A stretch of 64,000 nt of DNA from Callorhinchus milii (taxonomy: Eukaryota), in contig NW_024704743.1 in NCBI RefSeq assembly GCF_018977255.1, positions 57,166,001 through 57,230,000 on the forward strand. Reading direction: 5' to 3'. Both the position numbers and the translations under genes were made by a program. Position 1 is the first letter of the stretch; the number at the start of each line of letters is the position of its first letter. The notes beneath the pieces are model-generated. The model was given only the letters and a program-made list of their open reading frames with translations, did not search any database and had not been told where the DNA came from. Positions 39,116-52,795 of this stretch are shown here, one piece after another.

Positions 39116-41269
39116 AGTTTTAGGTTGTGTCTTCAATCATTTAAAATTAAATATGATTATTGATAATTAATGCTATTTGTGTGCCAATGGGTGTTTTGTT
39201 TTTCTGAGAAGTGAGGTTGTCTGTATTTCTGGGAATTACAATAGTACCGTGAGTTACAATAGCACTTTAATCCTATGCATATTATTTCCAGTGAGATTAA
39301 TTGATATCCTTACCATGAAGGGAAATGGAAATATTTTCAAGTCAAATGCAGATATTATTTTCCTGCTGCAAAAGGATGTTCCTAAAAGCCAATAATTTCT
39401 ATTTTGCCATCTTAATGGATTGTCTACAATTGAACTCTATTTGTTCAATAGCGCATGATGATTATTTCCCAACTGTGAAAACACATGATAGCTTATAAAA
39501 GTGGAAAATCCAGCAGTATTCAGGAAATAATACTGCACTGGTATTGTCACAGAAAACAAATTACACTGTACATGCAGGATGAATTTGATTTCTGACATTT
39601 AAGTGGTCCAATTTCTCAAGGATCTATTATTTAATCTCTTTTTCCTCTCGAAAAATGACAGCCTCTTTAAATGAGAACAGCAAAATGAATTTATAATCTT
39701 TCTAATTCCTAATCCCCAATTATTCAGCGCCTTGGGATGTCCTCCGACGTGAAAGATACTTTACAAATGTAATTTTGTTGTTGCTGTTCCATTTGAAAAT
39801 TTGTGCTGCTTTAGGAATTCAAACTTTATAACAGGCTTTTTGACAGTTTTTTTTTACATACTTTGGTTGGTAAGTAATTTGCCCATTGTGGCCTCAGTGC
39901 AATGAAGGGAATGAAGAAATCTCTGATTTAAACCCATATTTGTGCTAGCAGCCAGCAATAATAGGTGAGTGTGTGTTGGCAATAACTAAAGAGTGGCAAT
40001 AAAATGTGTGACATTTTAAACAATTGTGATAGTTATTGCATTATTGGGAAGATGGTAGGATGGATATTCTGGAAGGACAAGATTGAATAATATTAAGAAG
40101 AATAAGCTGGTATTTGATATTGTGCCTTTCACGTCTGGAGAACGTCTCAATGGTTTACAGTGTATTCCGTAAAGTGTAATGACTCTGTATTTGTCAGTAA
40201 CATGGTACCAAAGGGCCTGCTTTATCACAAATTCACTTGTGATTTTATAATGAAATGTTACAGATATCCCCCCCTGCCTCTGTTGACATTGACACTATTT
40301 GAAAAATGGAAAGAGTTTCTCCTGGTTTTGTGGCCAACAATCCCTCAAATAAAATTGGTTGTTCACTTCAAAGCTGTTTGTGGATCATTGGTCTGTACAA
40401 ACTGGCTGCTATGTTCACCTTCAAAATACACAGTCACTAAACATTGTAGTATAACCTTTGAAGCACTTTAAGATAAAGGCAGGATCAGGCTTGGCTCCCA
40501 CAATCAAACATGTAGCTGACATTTCCAGCGTAAGGCTCATAAATGAAGAATGATCAGTTGGGCACAGCTAGCCTTGTGGAACTGTAATCAGAAAACAGTA
40601 AAAGGAGTCAAACCCGACAGTAAGTCAATGAGTTCAAGATAGAATGGAAAATATTTGGAGGAAGAAAAACAGATGATATTTGTAAGATGCAACAAAAGCC
40701 ATGGCTGTGAATCAAAACATTTCTTGCAACATATTTTTTTTCAAGTTCAGGTCCTATACCTTTCCTTGTGCTGTTCAGGGTTATATCACTGTACTTTTGA
40801 ATGTTTCAACAGATTCCCATTCAAATTGCAGGAAGCAGAATACTCTCCTTGGAGGCATGGTTCCTTAAAGGTCAGTAAAGCGAAAAGGAATGACTGCTGA
40901 CATGACTTTTGCGCTCTTACATCTTTTCTTCATTAAAGCAACCGAACATTTGCATGAAACCTTGGTCCGACGTGACCACTTTGACCCCAGTGTAATGATT
41001 TACAGACTAGACACCCTTCAGTTATCCAAAGCATTTTGCTTTAAATATAACAGGTGTGCCTTACTGAAAAATAAGGCCTTTCCTGGAACCCAGGGGAATG
41101 GCATAAAAATGTTTATTTGCATTCCAGCAACTTGCTGCCTCTACAAGCAAAGGAATATAATTTCTGCAACGTAGTAGGGTGATGTACAATGTCCAAATCT
41201 CTGTCTGCCCAGCATCTTGGGACATCCTCCTGTAGTGAAAGGCACTATGGAAATGTAATTGTTGTTGTT

Positions 41270-42790
41270 GTTGCAACACAATACAAATTTAGATTTATGT
41301 AGCATGTTTTTGAGTCAGGAGGATGTCTCAAGGCGCAGGACAGTCCAGGGTTTGCACCAAGTTGGAGGTGGAGACATCCGAAAGCACGATCAATAAGAAA
41401 GGTCTTGAGGCGGAACTTATAATAATAATAATGATCCTTGCATTTGATATAGCGCTTTTCACGTTGAGAGGACGTCCCAAAGCGCTTCACAGAACACACT
41501 GTAAAGTGAATTGACTGTATATTTGTGGGCGAACGCGGCAGCCAATTGCGCACAGCAATGTCCCACAAACAGTCATATGGATTGAAAATGACCAATTTAT
41601 TATTGTTTTGTTTTTTTGGAGGGATTATTATGTCTAATAAGGCATGTGGAGTAAGGAAACTTGCCCAAGGTTTCGCCCTGCCTGGAATTGAACTCAGGTC
41701 TCTCACTTGCAAAGCGAGTGCTCTAACCACTGAGCTACAGGACTCCAACTCCTAACTTGAATTAGGCGAGGGAAACAGTGAGTCAAAAGGACTCCGAGGT
41801 GGAGTTCCAGAGAGTTGGGGGGCAGATACCCTGAAAGTCCAACTGCTGTTGGTGTGGCAAGTGCAGTGGAGAAATGAAACAGGTGCCCGCTGAGTGGAGG
41901 GAGCGATGGGTTGGTAGGATTGAGGATGTCCAGTGATAGGATGCAACAAAATCATGGAAGGATTTAAAAGTTAGGATCCCTCAATCTGCTGAGGAATGGG
42001 AGCTAGTGGAGCCAGGCGAGGATGGTGTTGATAGGCTTGTGGAGCCTAGTGTGGGAGAGGACACACCTGCAGAGTTCTGGATAGTCTGCAGCTTGTGTAG
42101 TGTAGTGGGTAACTCTGGGAACAGATAGTTGGAATGATCAAGCCAATGCATGGATTAGGGTCTCAGTAGCCATGTTTCAGAGGTAGAAAAATGCTGAGCA
42201 TATCAGAGCTTGAATGTGAGCTTTAAAGGACAGTTAAGAGGCAAACACATTACAGAGATTCTGTACTGGCTTGATGAGATGGAGTGTGTATCCAAGTAAT
42301 TTGAGGTGAGTGGTGCTGTTGGGAACCAAGCAGGAGAGCTTCTGTCTTGTCAATGTTAAATTAGTGCTCGTCAGGACTTGATGTCCGATAGACAATCGGT
42401 CAAGACAGTAGTGGTCCTGGAATCGAGGGTAGTGGCAGAGAGATACATGTGTGTCTGTGGATGATATTGTTGAGTGGGAGCATCTAAATATTAAAAAGGA
42501 GAGGACCAAGGACAGAACCCTGTGGAACACCGCACGTAACAGTTCGAGGCTAGAAGGAGAAGCCGTTCTAAGAGTCAAAGTAGAGACGTTAGGATAGGTA
42601 AGTGAAGAGGACCAAAATGTGAGGGTGGAGTTGAGAAGAGAGGCAGTGTAGGAAAGCACGTTCAACAGTGAGAGATCAAGAAGAAAGAAACACAAAGAAT
42701 CCAAGTCACAGATAGAGGGAATGTGATTTTCATCAGGGCAGTCTTGTTACTGTGGGCAGGGAAGAAACTGGATTGGAGCGGTTCGGGCAG
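41270..42790 (-). mobile_element. Degenerate L2 LINE interrupted by SINE copy A
   Basis: The L2 tail at 41270-41418 resumes at about 41755 after the SINE. RT remnant DSLCFFLLDLS near 42700. Confidence 0.8.
41419..41746 (-). mobile_element. Young tRNA(Ala-TGC-like)-headed SINE, copy A
   Basis: Full head GGAGTCCTGTAGCTCAGTGGTTAGAGC...GAGTTCAATTCC, body, L2-like tail and (ATT)n. Confidence 0.95.
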
Positions 42791-42889
42791 GGAATGTAGC
42801 TTTCTTTATATTTTCCATTCAGAACTAGGATCTTGTGGTGCAGGAGGATATGCTTAGTTGCATATCAGCACATGCACCTAAGCCCACGT

Positions 42890-44060
42890 CCTGAATTCTA
42901 AAATTGAGAGTTTTACTCTCTTGAACGTTCTTGGGTCACGCATTAACTGATGCTTCAGATAGTCACTGCATTGGAGACTTGTGTTTTGATCAGGAAGGAA
43001 TAGGTTGGATTTCATTCTTGTGAGGAAGGAGTGTATGGGACAGGTTGTGGATTATTCAAAATTGTGGAACGCATAAGGCTCAGGAGAAACATACTAATCT
43101 GCTCATCAATTTTCATAAAACTTTTGACTTTGTGCCACATTGAAACCTTCATGATGAAACTTGAAACTATGTAGCTTTCTAAAATTGTCCTGCTGGGCTC
43201 TGCATGAATGTAAGGCCATTCCAAAGGATTCAAATAAGGAATATAATTAGTAAAGTAAAGGTTAAAGTAAGGGTTTTCTCATTGTTTTTTAATTGTTTCT
43301 AAATTATTATATATATATATATATATATACATCAGTTTTATATATCCAGCAGCCTGGGACGACCTTCCAACATGAAAGGCGCTATACAAATGTAATTTAT
43401 TGTTTGTTGTATAGTAAATCCTTTAAAATTTCCAAAGGTTAAATCTTAGATTTAATCTGCGATGTGTATTCAAATTCTCAGTTCCATGTATGAATGGGTG
43501 GGAAGGTTTATCAATAGGGGAAGACAAGGTTGCCTACTGACACCCACTCTATTTGATGTATTCATCCATGGCAGTGATAGATTGGATAGCCTTGACATGT
43601 CTGTTCCAGGCATACCAGATAGAATTGTGGCACTTGTGTTTGCAGATAATATTATGATGTTGGCAGGCTGACTGAGGATTTAGTGTGCTGCACCCACCAT
43701 CTTAAACACTGGGTCATTTAGTGAGACATGATGATGAGACATATTGCAGCCCAGCACAGTTCAAGAATGTACTTCAAGAGTAATGACTGAACGTACATAG
43801 AGCATCCAACTTAAATAATGGTACTGGTATTTGAGGATTGTAATTGACACCGACTTTTGTTTAGACACTGCCCTTTGCAACCAGTCCTGAGAAGGGATAA
43901 AGGACTCTAATAATTCTTATCTCTCCAATAAAAGCAAATTCCCAACAATGGTTAAGCTTGAGGCATATAAAACCTTTGTCCAAACTAATCTCTTTCTCAG
44001 TTTGAAACTCCTGGGTATACAACAAAGGGAGTCCAATTTACCTATTTGCCAAGTCCAGAA
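42890..44060 (+). pseudogene. Decayed non-LTR retrotransposon reverse transcriptase (neither L2 nor CR1 type), copy 1
   Basis: Collinear broken motifs: IRKE*VGFHSCEE / ECMGQV..LFKIVER, LINFHKTFDFVPH, ILDLICDVYSNSQFHV*MGG, RGRQGCLLTPTLFDVFI, VPGIPDRIVALVFADNIMMLA, YWYLRIVID, LSNKSKFPTMVKLEAYKTFV. Confidence 0.8.
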
Positions 44061-46789
44061 CTAGCAATGAGATGGGTTTATGCTAGAAATTGTAAGTGAC
44101 TGCAAGGGAAGGCCCTGTCTACACTGAAGGCTACACTGTCTTCTCCATTCAACACCCTGGAGATAGTCACCTTCACTGATCACATAAGCATTAGGATTAA
44201 GCAGTTGGAAACACATTAGCTTTTTCACAGCACTGGACTTGATCATCAAGGTAATGACCACAGCATCAATTGTCCGGTGTAATAATAATAATAATCTTTG
44301 CATTTGTCATATTGTCTTATCGAGAACTCGAAACAATCACAAAGTGAGACTGCAGATCTTCCATACAGTTATGGCAGATATTGTGAGGAAACTCTGAGAC
44401 TTGGGGTGACAGCTGTTGGGAAGCATTACATGTTGTCTAAGTTCATGAACATAAACTCATATTTGCAATGCTCAGTGCCCACCTTGATTTAGATACAGAA
44501 AGGTAAGCAGCTGATATAGAGGCCCCATGCCTCCTATTTACTGGTAGAACTACTACTCATTGGCCATTAATGAATGTTTGAACTTTGGTCAGGAGTGTCA
44601 ATACTCTCCCACAATTTTGCTAAGTTGTGCTGCTGTTCCGGGTGCAAGCGTTCCACCCAATGAGGGCTAACACCTACACTTGTAAGATGTCTGATGACCA
44701 ACTAGTGTCTACCCTTTTGGGGATGGGAGGTCAGCAAGGCCTCTTTGGGGATAGGAACATAGGCAAACAGCAACAAGAATAACAAGGTTACATTTGTATA
44801 GTGCCTTTCACGGCCGAAGGATCTCCCAAGGCGCTGGACAGTGTACAACAGAGGACATTGAGCCGGTTGCACCAGTTTATTAGATCTTGGTAGATCTTTT
44901 AATCTCATTGGCTTGCCCTTTCACCATACCCTTAATATTTCAATTTAGTCAGCTCCAAGTTGATATGCATGGCACCAGATGATTAGAATTGATTTGATTA
45001 GTTGTGGCTCTCAGTAATCTGATCCTTGAGTCAAGCCGGTCCACAGTGTTCCAGAGCAGTGTTACTGAGACGCCTGAGACTTGGGACGTATGGACCAGTT
45101 ACCGGGGCAGAGATTCTTCCCGCTCATCTCTAGATGATCCTACAAACCTAACTAGTGGAATGGTCCTAGCCAGACAAGTAGCAGAAAGCTTAGCAATGCT
45201 CTATAGTGGTCACCTACATAGATTTTGTTGGATTAAACTCCAGCAATACCTTCATGCACATTTTTAGATAGCTAAGCTTTGGGTCTTGCTAACCTACACC
45301 TAAACTCTCCAAGATCCAGGGAGCAGGGCACATCCTTCTGGGGAATGGGTACTCCATGTCAAACAGTTGGAAATTGCACATTTGTGGAACTCAGTTGATT
45401 AGTCTGAAGACTTTTAAGCAAAATAATAAGTTTCTTAAATGTGCAGCTGGAAATCACAATAATAATTTAGATTTAGATCTCACCTTCCACACATCTCAAA
45501 GTACTTCACAGGTTTGCCTGGGAGCATAAGATGGGGGCATAGAATGGCTGCAAGCTCATCTACCAATGAAGAAAAAAAAGTGTTTTCCTTGAAGCTTACC
45601 TGCAAAACAAGATCGGATTCCTAATGTGAATACTTTTCAATATATTCATTTCTTGACTGGAGCCAAAAATGCAGGCCTGAATTCCAGTTTTCATTCCTGA
45701 CGCCTGACTATGTGATTGTCGAGAGCTGGCGGCAAAGAGCAGAGGTCAACTCTTCATTATAGCAAAGAGCAATCTCTGTTTCTTGATCTCCAACATTTAA
45801 AAATAACCTTCAAAAATGATCACTTGCTGCTTAATTTATAGTAAAAGTAATTTTCGGCTCTATTACCTGGAGAGTTCTTGTTTTTCCACATCCATTACCG
45901 GCCACCTTCAACTATTCTCTATCAATTGCACTGTCTACTGTCCAGATATCATGAAAGTCACTCAGAGTACAGCTCTTTGGAAAGTTGATTAATATTTATG
46001 AGAGCACGTGGCTATCCCTACAAAAAAGATTTATTGTCAAGTTTCAATTTCACCATTAACCTCTTGTGAAGGCCGTAGCTGAAACGCCTATGCCCTGCAC
46101 ATGCATAGCAACAGTCACAGCAACAAATGCTCTTCGTTGTAAACCTTTAATACATTTCACAGTCACATGGTAATAGTGCATTTCAATAATTAATTCTCAT
46201 GATACTCTTCTGACATGGTGTGGATACTGACATTAGTTATTGCCCTGTTACAGCAGTAAAGCTAAGTGAGCACTGCTGTTTGGGGTACTGTCGTTTGGAT
46301 GATTCGTTATATTGGGAATTTTGGTTCATGATAAGAATCTAAGAATGGAATTATAGAATTTTTCAGTAGATCAACCCTTGGTGCTTGAGCTGTAAAAGCT
46401 ATCTGTTTCGACTCACTCTTCTGCCTTTTCCCCTTACTCTTTTATATTTTCCTTTCCAGATATTTGTTTAATTCTCTCAAAAGCTTTATGGATTTTGCTT
46501 CCATCATCTCAGTTCATCTCATCATAGTAATTCCACAGAGTAGGGATTAATCATTGTGTATCAATCATAATACTCCCCTTTGAGAAAAAACAATTGGTGT
46601 GAAAATTGGCCCCTTCTGATGTGTTTCCTTATGTTATTTATTACTATGGGTTAAATTGCCATCTGGGTCCAGATTTATTCTATTAACATAGCATTACAGA
46701 GTGTTCAGAATTCTTTGACAAATCTTTCATATTGAAGCTGGTTTTCTGTAAATTCTTTGCTTTTTAAGTTCTTTTAAGAATTTACAGAA

Positions 46790-47111
46790 AATAATAATAA
46801 TAATAATCCTTGCATTTGATATCGCACTTTTCACGTCAGGAGGACGTCCCAAAGCGCTTCACAGAACGTACTGTAAAGTGAATTGAATGTATATTTGTGG
46901 GCGAATGCGGCAGCCAATTGCGCACAGCAATATCCCACAAAACAGACGTAGATTGAAAATGACCAATTTATTATTGTTTTTGGTTTTGGAGGAATTATTA
47001 TTAGGCGTGTGGAGTAAGGAAACTTGCCCAAGGTTTCGCCCTCTGCCTGGAATTGAACTCAGGTCTCTCACTTGCAAAGCGAGTGCTCTAACCACTGAGC
47101 TACAGGACTCC
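46790..47111 (-). mobile_element. Young SINE, copy B (chimeric junction copy)
   Basis: Left flank and body equal copy C. Right flank equals that of copy A. Confidence 0.95.
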
Positions 47112-48253
47112 AACTCCTAACTTGAATTAGGCGAGGGAAACAGTGAGTCAAAAGGACTCCGAGGTGGAGTTCCAGAGAGTTGGGGGGCAGATACCCTGAA
47201 AGTCCAACTGCTGTTGGTGTGGCAAGTGCAGTGGAGAAATGAAACAGGTGCCCGCTGAGTGGAGGGAGCGATGGGTTGGTAGGATTGAGGATGTCCAGTG
47301 ATAGGATGCAACAAAATCATGGAAGGATTTAAAAGTTAGGATCCCTCAATCTGCTGAGGAATGGGAGCTAGTGGAGCCAGGCGAGGATGGTGTTGATAGG
47401 CTTGTGGAGCCTAGTGTGGGAGAGGACACACCTGCAGAGTTCTGGATAGTCTGCAGCTTGTGTAGTGTAGTGGGTAACTCTGGGAACAGATAGTTGGAAT
47501 GATCAAGCCAATGCATGGATTAGGGTCTCAGTAGCCATGTTTCAGAGGTAGAAAAATGCTGAGCATATCAGAGCTTGAATGTGAGCTTTAAAGGACAGTT
47601 AAGAGGCAAACACATTACAGAGATTCTGTACTGGCTTGATGAGATGGAGTGTGTATCCAAGTAATTTGAGGTGAGTGGTGCTGTTGGGAACCAAGCAGGA
47701 GAGCTTCTGTCTTGTCAATGTTAAATTAGTGCTCGTCAGGACTTGATGTCCGATAGACAATCGGTCAAGACAGTAGTGGTCCTGGAATCGAGGGTAGTGG
47801 CAGAGAGATACATGTGTGTCTGTGGATGATATTGTTGAGTGGGAGCATCTAAATATTAAAAAGGAGAGGACCAAGGACAGAACCCTGTGGAACACCGCAC
47901 GTAACAGTTCGAGGCTAGAAGGAGAAGCCGTTCTAAGAGTCAAAGTAGAGACGTTAGGATAGGTAAGTGAAGAGGACCAAAATGTGAGGGTGGAGTTGAG
48001 AAGAGAGGCAGTGTAGGAAAGCACGTTCAACAGTGAGAGATCAAGAAGAAAGAAACACAAAGAATCCAAGTCACAGATAGAGGGAATGTGATTTTCATCA
48101 GGGCAGTCTTGTTACTGTGGGCAGGAAGAAACTGGATTGGAGCGGTTCGGGCAGGGAATGTAGCTTTCTTTATATTTTCCATTCAGAACTAGGATCTTGT
48201 GGTGCAGGAGGATATGCTTAGTTGCATATCAGCACATGCACCTAAGCCCACGT

Positions 48254-49422
48254 CCTGAATTCTAAAATTGAGAGTTTTACTCTCTTGAACGTTCTTGGGT
48301 CACGCATTAACTGATGCTTCAGATAGTCACTGCATTGGAGACTTGTGTTTTGATCAGGAAGGAATAGGTTGGATTTCATTCTTGTGAGGAAGGAGTGTAT
48401 GGGACAGGTTGTGGATTATTCAAAATTGTGGAACGCATAAGGCTCAGGAGAAACATACTAATCTGCTCATCAATTTTCATAAAACTTTTGACTTTGTGCC
48501 ACATTGAAACCTTCATGATGAAACTTGAAACTATGTAGCTTTCTAAAATTGTCCTGCTGGGCTCTGCATGAATGTAAGGCCATTCCAAAGGATTCAAATA
48601 AGGAATATAATTAGTAAAGTAAAGGTTAAAGTAAGGGTTTTCTCATTGTTTTTTAATTGTTTCTAAATTATTATATATATATATATATATACATCAGTTT
48701 TATATATCCAGCAGCCTGGGACGACCTTCCAACATGAAAGGCGCTATACAAATGTAATTTATTGTTTGTTGTATAGTAAATCCTTTAAAATTTCCAAAGG
48801 TTAAATCTTAGATTTAATCTGCGATGTGTATTCAAATTCTCAGTTCCATGTATGAATGGGTGGGAAGGTTTATCAATAGGGGAAGACAAGGTTGCCTACT
48901 GACACCCACTCTATTTGATGTATTCATCCATGGCAGTGATAGATTGGATAGCCTTGACATGTCTGTTCCAGGCATACCAGATAGAATTGTGGCACTTGTG
49001 TTTGCAGATAATATTATGATGTTGGCAGGCTGACTGAGGATTTAGTGTGCTGCACCCACCATCTTAAACACTGGGTCATTTAGTGAGACATGATGATGAG
49101 ACATATTGCAGCCCAGCACAGTTCAAGAATGTACTTCAAGAGTAATGACTGAACGTACATAGAGCATCCAACTTAAATAATGGTACTGGTATTTGAGGAT
49201 TGTAATTGACACCGACTTTTGTTTAGACACTGCCCTTTGCAACCAGTCCTGAGAAGGGATAAAGGACTCTAATAATTCTTATCTCTCCAATAAAAGCAAA
49301 TTCCCAACAATGGTTAAGCTTGAGGCATATAAAACCTTTGTCCAAACTAATCTCTTTCTCAGTTTGAAACTCCTGGGTATACAACAAAGGGAGTCCAATT
49401 TACCTATTTGCCAAGTCCAGAA
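48254..49422 (+). pseudogene. Decayed non-LTR reverse transcriptase, copy 2 (duplicate of 42890-44060)
   Basis: Same sequence within the second duplication unit. Confidence 0.8.
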
Positions 49423-52138
49423 CTAGCAATGAGATGGGTTTATGCTAGAAATTGTAAGTGACTGCAAGGGAAGGCCCTGTCTACACTGAAGGCTACACTG
49501 TCTTCTCCATTCAACACCCTGGAGATAGTCACCTTCACTGCTCACATAAGCATTAGGATTAAGCAGTTGGAAACACATTAGCTTTTTCACAGCACTGGAC
49601 TTGATCATCAAGGTAATGACCACAGCATCAATTGTCCGGTGTAATAATAATAATAATCTTTGCATTTGTCATATTGTCTTATCGAGAACTCGAAACAATC
49701 ACAAAGTGAGACTGCAGATCTTCCATACAGTTATGGCAGATATTGTGAGGAAACTCTGAGACTTGGGGTGACAGCTGTTGGGAAGCATTACATGTTGTCT
49801 AAGTTCATGAACATAAACTCATATTTGCAATGCTCAGTGCCCACCTTGATTTAGATACAGAAAGGTAAGCAGCTGATATAGAGGCCCCATGCCTCCTATT
49901 TACTGGTAGAACTACTACTCATTGGGCATTAATGAATGTTTGAACTTTGGTCAGGAGTGTCAATACTCTCCCACAATTTTGCTAAGTTGTGCTGCTGTTC
50001 CGGGTGCAAGCGTTCCACCCAATGAGGGCTAACACCTACACTTGTAAGATGTCTGATGACCAACTAGTGTCTACCCTTTTGGGGATGGGAGGTCAGCAAG
50101 GCCTCTTTGGGGATAGGAACATAGGCAAACAGCAACAAGAATAACAAGGTTACATTTGTATAGTGCCTTTCACGGCCGAAGGATCTCCCAAGGCGCTGGA
50201 CAGTGTACAACAGAGGACATTGAGCCGGTTGCACCAGTTTATTAGATCTTGGTAGATCTTTTAATCTCATTGGCTTGCCCTTTCACCATACCCTTAATAT
50301 TTCAATTTAGTCAGCTCCAAGTTGATATGCATGGCACCAGATGATTAGAATTGATTTGATTAGTTGTGGCTCTCAGTAATCTGATCCTTGAGTCAAGCCG
50401 GTCCACAGTGTTCCAGAGCAGTGTTACTGAGACGCCTGAGACTTGGGACGTATGGACCAGTTACCGGGGCAGAGATTCTTCCCGCTCATCTCTAGATGAT
50501 CCTACAAACCTAACTAGTGGAATGGTCCTAGCCAGACAAGTAGCAGAAAGCTTAGCAATGCTCTATAGTGGTCACCTACATAGATTTTGTTGGATTAAAC
50601 TCCAGCAATACCTTCATGCACATTTTTAGATAGCTAAGCTTTGGGTCTTGCTAACCTACACCTAAACTCTCCAAGATCCAGGGAGCAGGGCACATCCTTC
50701 TGGGGAATGGGTACTCCATGTCAAACAGTTGGAAATTGCACATTTGTGGAACTCAGTTGATTAGTCTGAAGACTTTTAAGCAAAATAATAAGTTTCTTAA
50801 ATGTGCAGCTGGAAATCACAATAATAATTTAGATTTAGATCTCACCTTCCACACATCTCAAAGTACTTCACAGGTTTGCCTGGGGGCATAGAATGGCTGC
50901 AAGATCATCTACCAATGAAGAAAAAAAAGTGTTTTCCTTGAAGCTTACCTGCAAAACAAGATCGGATTCCTAATGTGAATACTTTTCAATATATTCATTT
51001 CTTGACTGGAGCCAAAAATGCAGGCCTGAATTCCAGTTTTCATTCCTGACGCCTGACTATGTGATTGTCGAGAGCTGGCGGCAAAGAGCAGAGGTCAACT
51101 CTTCATTATAGCAAAGAGCAATCTCTGTTTCTTGATCTCCAACATTTAAAAATAACCTTCAAAAATGATCACTTGCTGCTTAATTTATAGTAAAAGTAAT
51201 TTTCGGCTCTATTACCTGGAGAGTTCTTGTTTTTCCACATCCATTACCGGCCACCTTCAACTATTCTCTATCAATTGCACTGTCTACTGTCCAGATATCA
51301 TGAAAGTCACTCAGAGTACAGCTCTTTGGAAAGTTGATTAATATTTATGAGAGCATGTGGCTATCCCTACAAAAAAGATTTATTGTCAAGTTTCAATTTC
51401 ACCATTAACCTCTTGTGAAGGCCGTAGCTGAAACGCCTATGCCCTGCACATGCATAGCAACAGTCACAGCAACAAATGCTCTTCGTTGTAAACCTTTAAT
51501 ACATTTCACAGTCACATGGTAATAGTGCATTTCAATAATTAATTCTCATGATACTCTTCTGACATGGTGTGGATACTGACATTAGTTATTGCCCTGTTAC
51601 AGCAGTAAAGCTAAGTGAGCACTGCTGTTTGGGGTACTGTCGTTTGGATGATTCGTTATATTGGGAATTTTGGTTCATGATAAGAATCTAAGAATGGAAT
51701 TATAGAATTTTTCAGTAGATCAACCCTTGGTGCTTGAGCTGTAAAAGCTATCTGTTTCGACTCACTCTTCTGCCTTTTCCCCTTACTCTTTTATATTTTC
51801 CTTTCCAGATATTTGTTTAATTCTCTCAAAAGCTTTATGGATTTTGCTTCCATCATCTCAGTTCATCTCATCATAGTAATTCCACAGAGTAGGGATTAAT
51901 CATTGTGTATCAATCATAATACTCCCCTTTGAGAAAAAACAATTGGTGTGAAAATTGGCCCCTTCTGATGTGTTTCCTTATGTTATTTATTACTATGGGT
52001 TAAATTGCCATCTGGGTCCAGATTTATTCTATTAACATAGCATTACAGAGTGTTCAGAATTCTTTGACAAATCTTTCATATTGAAGCTGGTTTTCTGTAA
52101 ATTCTTTGCTTTTTAAGTTCTTTTAAGAATTTACAGAA

Positions 52139-52458
52139 AATAATAATAATAATAATCCTTGCATTTGATATCGCACTTTTCACGTCAGGAGGACGTCCCA
52201 AAGCGCTTCACAGAACGTACTGTAAAGTGAATTGAATGTATATTTGTGGGCGAATGCGGCAGCCAATTGCGCACAGCAATATCCCACAAAACAGACGTAG
52301 ATTGAAAATGACCAATTTATTATTGTTTTTGGTTTTGGAGGAATTATTATTAGGCGTGTGGAGTAAGGAAACTTGCCCAAGGTTTCGCCCTGCCTGGAAT
52401 TGAACTCAGGTCTCTCACTTGCAAAGCGAGTGCTCTAACCACTGAGCTACAGGACTCC
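52139..52458 (-). mobile_element. Young SINE, copy C
   Basis: Full-length, followed by unique sequence ACAAAATGGG. Confidence 0.95.
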
Positions 52459-52795
52459 ACAAAATGGGCTTCAAAGTAAAAATTGAGTTCAGCAATTTGC
52501 CAAACTGCTCACTCGGAAGCTTTACATTAATAGAATAAATCTAAACCCACGTGGAATTCCTACTCTAAAGTATCAACTGAAATATTATTGATAAAGTGAG
52601 TAGTCCATGTTATAATTATCGGCTGATCTGCCAATGATCTCCTCCTCTAACTCCACCTCACTGCTGGGCTGCAGTCAGATATATTATATTTTATAGATCC
52701 AATCTATGAAATGCAGCATTGGACTGAGCAAGATACAAGTGCAAATTTGCTTTGCTTTAGTTAAATTGGTAGCTCACTAACTGGGAGTCCAATGA

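Larger units (their letters stand above)
41645..52458. repeat. Direct tandem duplication, two near-identical units of about 5.35 kb
   Basis: Identical sequence and ORFs recur at offsets of 5365, 5364, 5362 and 5349 nt (e.g. 41752/47117, 43462/48824, 46831/52180). Confidence 0.98.
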
